A stretch of DNA of 61,555 bases, counting the filler, from Stramenopiles sp. TOSAG23-6 (lineage: Eukaryota), in NCBI GenBank assembly GCA_900128565.1. It is 2 parts of 2 records of this genome, joined end to end, with 100 filler letters (N's around TTAATTAATTAA, not from the genome) between each part and the next. Parts side by side here need not be neighbours in the genome. Positions count along the whole stretch, not along the records: positions 30,842 to 61,555 come from LT635965.1; 1 more part is not named here. The stretch is one strand, 5' to 3'. This document shows positions 57,866 through 61,555 of the stretch, in pieces. A model generated the notes under the pieces. That model did not search any database, had not been told where the DNA came from, and was given only the letters and a program-made list of their open reading frames with translations. Position 1 is the stretch's first letter. Each line of letters starts with the position of its first letter. The translations under genes and the position numbers were made by a program.

Positions 57866-59880
57866 TCAATTTTCAATACAGTTTACTCTATAACAATGGA
57901 ATCTGTTTGCTAATTTCCGTACGTTGTTTAATTTTGTGCGTGTTTCGGTTTCTTCTGCGATTAACACGTGGCATTGTTTTGAACATTTGTAGCAAGACAT
58001 AAGCTTTACTGCCCAGGCTCCTGACTTTATTCTATTTGTATTTTTCCCCTCTGTTCCAGTATAAAACCATTGAAATAAATCTTTTACAGAACTATTACAT
58101 ATATTTGATGAAAGAGTAAACTTGGTATACCAAATTGCTAAATCACTCAAAAGACTAATGGTGGAATTAATAGTGGCAAGTGAATCACAAAGCCACTTTT
58201 TATATTCCATATGTAAAAAATCTATTTGCTGCATTTGTTGAATTTTTATATCATTTATATTGATTGATTGATTGTCAATATTTTCTAAAATTTCTATTTG
58301 GGAAAAGGCAAAGTGACTGAAATCATTAAATATTTCAAAACCTTTCATACATAAAACACTCAATTGTTTTTTTTTGAAAGGTGATATATTAACATTAGTG
58401 AGATTATCATTGGCATTTGATTTTTTTGATTGCTTTGTTAAAGGTGAAAGAATTTCTGTGCGTTGATTCATCGTGTTCCTAGATTTTATGTCGTTAGATT
58501 TCATCTTAGTCTTTGGTATTGATTCTTCAATATTGACTTTACTAGATTCTTCAAATTCTTCAATATTACTTGATTCTTCAATATTGACTTTACTAGATTC
58601 TTCAAATTCTTCAATATTACTTGATTCTTCAATATTGACTTTACTAGATACTTCAAATTCTTCAATATTACTCGATTCTTCAATATTGACTTCACTCTCA
58701 GAATTCAGTTCTGCCCAAGACTCCATCATATCATCATCATCATCATCATCATCTTCATATGTTTCATTTTCATCATCTTCTTGTGCACTACTACTTGACT
58801 CATTATCACTATCATGTAATGCTTTTACCGTTTCTAATATTTCCACAAGCTTTCGACGAGCCAACCAAACTTTACCTTTCAAGGAGTCGTTAATATATTT
58901 TGTGAAAAAATATTTTTTTTTTTGTAAAAATATTTGTTAGCTATGAAATTTCGTATGAAAAAAAAATTATGAAAAAAAAATCGATTTTTAAAACGTACAT
59001 AGGCATGCTGTAATAATTCACCTGATGTCGGTCTATCAGCTGGATCCTTCTGTAAACATATCTCAAGAAAACTGGACAATAATGTACCTGCCATTTCTTC
59101 ATCTCGTAGTCTAGGTGAAGGTAAAGAAGGGATTTTTGTAAGTGCTTGCATGGGAACCAAATCAAAGTTGGGTGGTTCCATTTCAGCCATTTCGATGGCA
59201 GTTACAGCGAGTGACCAAATATCGGCAGATGCATCATATTCATTTCCATCTATGACTTCAGGAGCCATCCAATACGGAGTTCCAACAAATGTGCTACTTT
59301 TTGCTACGTTGCCACTCAGCATTGTAGAAACACCAAAATCTGCCATTTTGGCTACTCCACCAGAAGCTAATAAAATATTTCCGCCCTTGATATCTCGGTG
59401 TATAATTTTCTTACTATGTAGATATGAAAGACCACGCAAACTATCTTGTAATATTATTGAAATTTCATTAGGTGTAAACGGAATACCACGGCGATTGTAT
59501 ATGTCACTGACAGAGCCGTAAACACATTGCTCCATTGTGATCCAAACAGCATTCTCTTTATAATAAGTACCTATGTACCGTACAATATTAGGATGAGAAC
59601 ATGCTCGTAACATTTCGATTTCGTCTTTCATCCCTACAAGTTCTTCACGTCTTCGACCCTTGTGTGTGGGAAGTCGAATGACTTTAATTGCAACAATCTG
59701 ATTTGTCTCTAAATGCTCAGCCTGATAAACAGCGCCAAATGAACCTTTTCCTAGGCGATCAAGAAGTTTAAATAGAAGTGTTGGGTCAGTCCGACTCAAT
59801 GGGATACCTCGCTTTAACAAAGATGTGCGGCGAGCCATTGACTCGCGGGCCGGCTTGATTCGGCGCTTTCCTCGCTTCAT
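57866..59880 (-). CDS. STE20-family Ser/Thr kinase (2 exons; start codon uncertain)
   Basis: GKGSFG, VAIK, HRDIKGGN, DFG, GTPYWMAPE; acidic tail after splicing. Confidence 0.92.
58520..58691 (-). repeat. 48-bp coding tandem repeat x~3.5 (SKVNIEESSNIEEFEE)
   Basis: Seen directly. Confidence 0.9.
58895..58998 (-). mobile_element. Introner-type intron, GT-AT
   Basis: AT|GTACGT...CACAAAAT-AT; restores kinase end ELLQHAYI. Confidence 0.85.
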
Positions 59881-60258
59881 TTGGTCTAGTTTTGTTATGA
59901 TAAGTAATGCATTCAATTTTAAACTTCAGAAGTTCATTCATGAATAATTCATTTTGATTTGAGAGATTTGAAGAAGTTTGAAGAAGTTGACGCGAAGTCA
60001 GACATCAACTCAAGTTTCGAATTTCTAATTTAATTTGAAACACGAAAAAATCTGAAAATAGTAATGTCAAAAAACGAGGGTGGCAAATATTTTGCTTTTC
60101 TTTCTCCTCTTGCAATTAACTTTTTATTCACTGTATTGTTGAAATTTTTTGAGGAAATTTTGACACAAACACCACAACAAACAAAAGCAAAAGTTGAAAA
60201 AAACAAGGAGAACTTTTCTTTTTTGAAGGTACGAAGAACGCATCATAAAACGTCCAAA

Positions 60259-61555
60259 ATGTCAAATTCTCCACCAGCGGACAAGCTAACATCTGTTGAT
60301 TTAAGTAGGCCACATTACTCAATGGATAGTGCCATCCGTGAAAGAACACGAAGTAACTCTTTTACCGAGTCATTACGTCCTTCTCCACCTATTGCCTACA
60401 ATTGGACATCTGTTGCTGTGCCAAGAACTGCATATAATGTGCGCTTGTACTGTATACCTCACGCGGGTGCGTTTGGCACGAATCCTTATTCTAATTGGGG
60501 GAAACTCCTTCCTGAAACAATTGAGCAAGTCACAATTTTACCTGGTGGAAAAGCGCGACGTGACTCTATCTCTGATGGGCGACAAGACTATGAAAACGAT
60601 GCCACGTCTATAGTTGCAGGAATCATTCAAATATTAGCAATGTGTGATAGACCATTTTGTCTTTTTGGTCACTCTGCGGGAGCTACTTTGGCTTTACAAG
60701 TTGTGATATCGCTTCAGCGCCAAGGTGCAGTATTGCCTATTAAACTATTTTTATCAGGATGCTCTCCACCACAAAAATACATTCCATTGCGATCCGATTG
60801 GAAAGAAGAAAAAGTTTTATGCAAATTAATTCGTGAGTGGGGAGGAACACCAGAAGATGTTTTACAAGATATCGAACTCAAAAAATTGTTGTTGAATCGT
60901 CTTCGAGCCGATCTCGCTTGCGCGGAACAATCATCTAGACTCATAAAACATGCTCTCGCCAAAATGTCAATACAGTGTGATGTTACCATTATTGGTGGGA
61001 AAGATGATCGAACGGTACCAGTAGCAGAATTAATTCACTGGGAATCTCATATTGGTGATGAACAAACCTGCTGTACAATGAAAATAAAAATCTTTCCGGG
61101 TGGTCATTTCTATCTTGATGAAACATCTCAATTGTCAAATTCAATTTCTAATTTACATAAATGGTTAAATGACGAAATTAGATTTGCTTTACAAAATGAA
61201 CTTGAACGTGCAAATTCACAAATTGAGCTATGGAATTCAAATACTATGGAATATGTATGTTTTATTTTTTTTCAAATTAGATTTTTTTTTTCGTACGAAA
61301 TTTTGTACCTAACGATTTTTGTTTTCAAATATTTTTCCAAAATACATACACCATATACACCGAAATATGATAGGAAGAAGATGCGTGTTCCTGCTTGGTG
61401 TGATCGAATATTATGGAAAGAAAAGAATAACAATACTAATAATAATAATAACAATAATAATACTATTCATAATAATAATTCAAAAGTTGAACTTTTACAT
61501 TATGTATGTTTTATTTTTTTTCAAATTCGAATTTTTTTTTCGTACGAAATTTTGT
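60259..61555 (+). CDS. Type II thioesterase domain followed by an inositol 5-phosphatase C-terminal motif; runs off the window (absent from the ORF track)
   Basis: Hand translation from ATG 60259: RLYCIPHAG, FGHSAG, LFLSGCSPP, LRADL, GGKDD, FPGGHFYL, then RVPAWCDRILWK. Confidence 0.82.
   Translation, partial: MSNSPPADKLTSVDLSRPHYSMDSAIRERTRSNSFTESLRPSPPIAYNWTSVAVPRTAYNVRLYCIPHAGAFGTNPYSNWGKLLPETIEQVTILPGGKARRDSISDGRQDYENDATSIVAGIIQILAMCDRPFCLFGHSAGATLALQVVISLQRQGAVLPIKLFLSGCSPPQKYIPLRSDWKEEKVLCKLIREWGGTPEDVLQDIELKKLLLNRLRADLACAEQSSRLIKHALAKMSIQCDVTIIGGKDDRTVPVAELIHWESHIGDEQTCCTMKIKIFPGGHFYLDETSQLSNSISNLHKWLNDEIRFALQNELERANSQIELWNSNTMEYVCFIFFQIRFFFSYEILYLTIFVFKYFSKIHTPYTPKYDRKKMRVPAWCDRILWKEKNNNTNNNNNNNNTIHNNNSKVELLHYVCFIFFQIRIFFSYEIL
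61255..61347 (+). mobile_element. Introner-type intron, GT-AT (93 nt, stop-free)
   Basis: Consensus termini and core. Confidence 0.85.
61504..61555 (+). mobile_element. Introner-type intron (cut by window end)
   Basis: AT|GTATGT donor and TTTCGTACGAAA core. Confidence 0.8.

Noticed and set aside
1-61555. Alternative genetic code or stop readthrough to explain broken ORFs; tRNA/rRNA genes; a transposase
   Set aside because: Breaks are explained by introns or +1 shifts and conserved proteins translate normally; no RNA gene or transposase was recognisable by eye.

Overview
AT-rich, gene-dense eukaryotic nuclear DNA read in the standard code; gene content resembles a heterotrophic protist, possibly a stramenopile (inference only). 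There are about 21 protein-coding genes: C2/PH-GRAM myotubularin-like, LRR, a ~20 kb Cys-rich surface receptor, methyltransferase-like, TBC RabGAP, SLC37, the TERT N-terminus, TFIIIC90-like, DnaJ, two AAAP transporters, PRMT5, ZIP, a STE20 kinase, a thioesterase fusion and others. The main discovery is a family of ~90-110 nt repeated, transposon-like introns (introners). I count 34 copies (30 complete), all in the sense orientation of the host gene. They have a U2-like donor (GTATGT, twice ATATGT) and branch point (TACCTAAC) but no terminal AG. Of 31 visible 3' ends, 26 are AT, 2 GT, 1 TT, 1 AC and 1 AA, and the terminal dinucleotide usually duplicates the 2 nt before the donor. Removing them by this rule restores conserved motifs in PRMT5, SLC37, TERT, a kinase and a C2 domain. 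Only one canonical GT-AG intron was found. Also present: six +1 frameshifts at homopolymers (probably errors), scattered TTAGGG repeats, and an assembly gap with an artificial linker. All splicing calls are inferred from reading-frame and motif restoration, not from transcripts.
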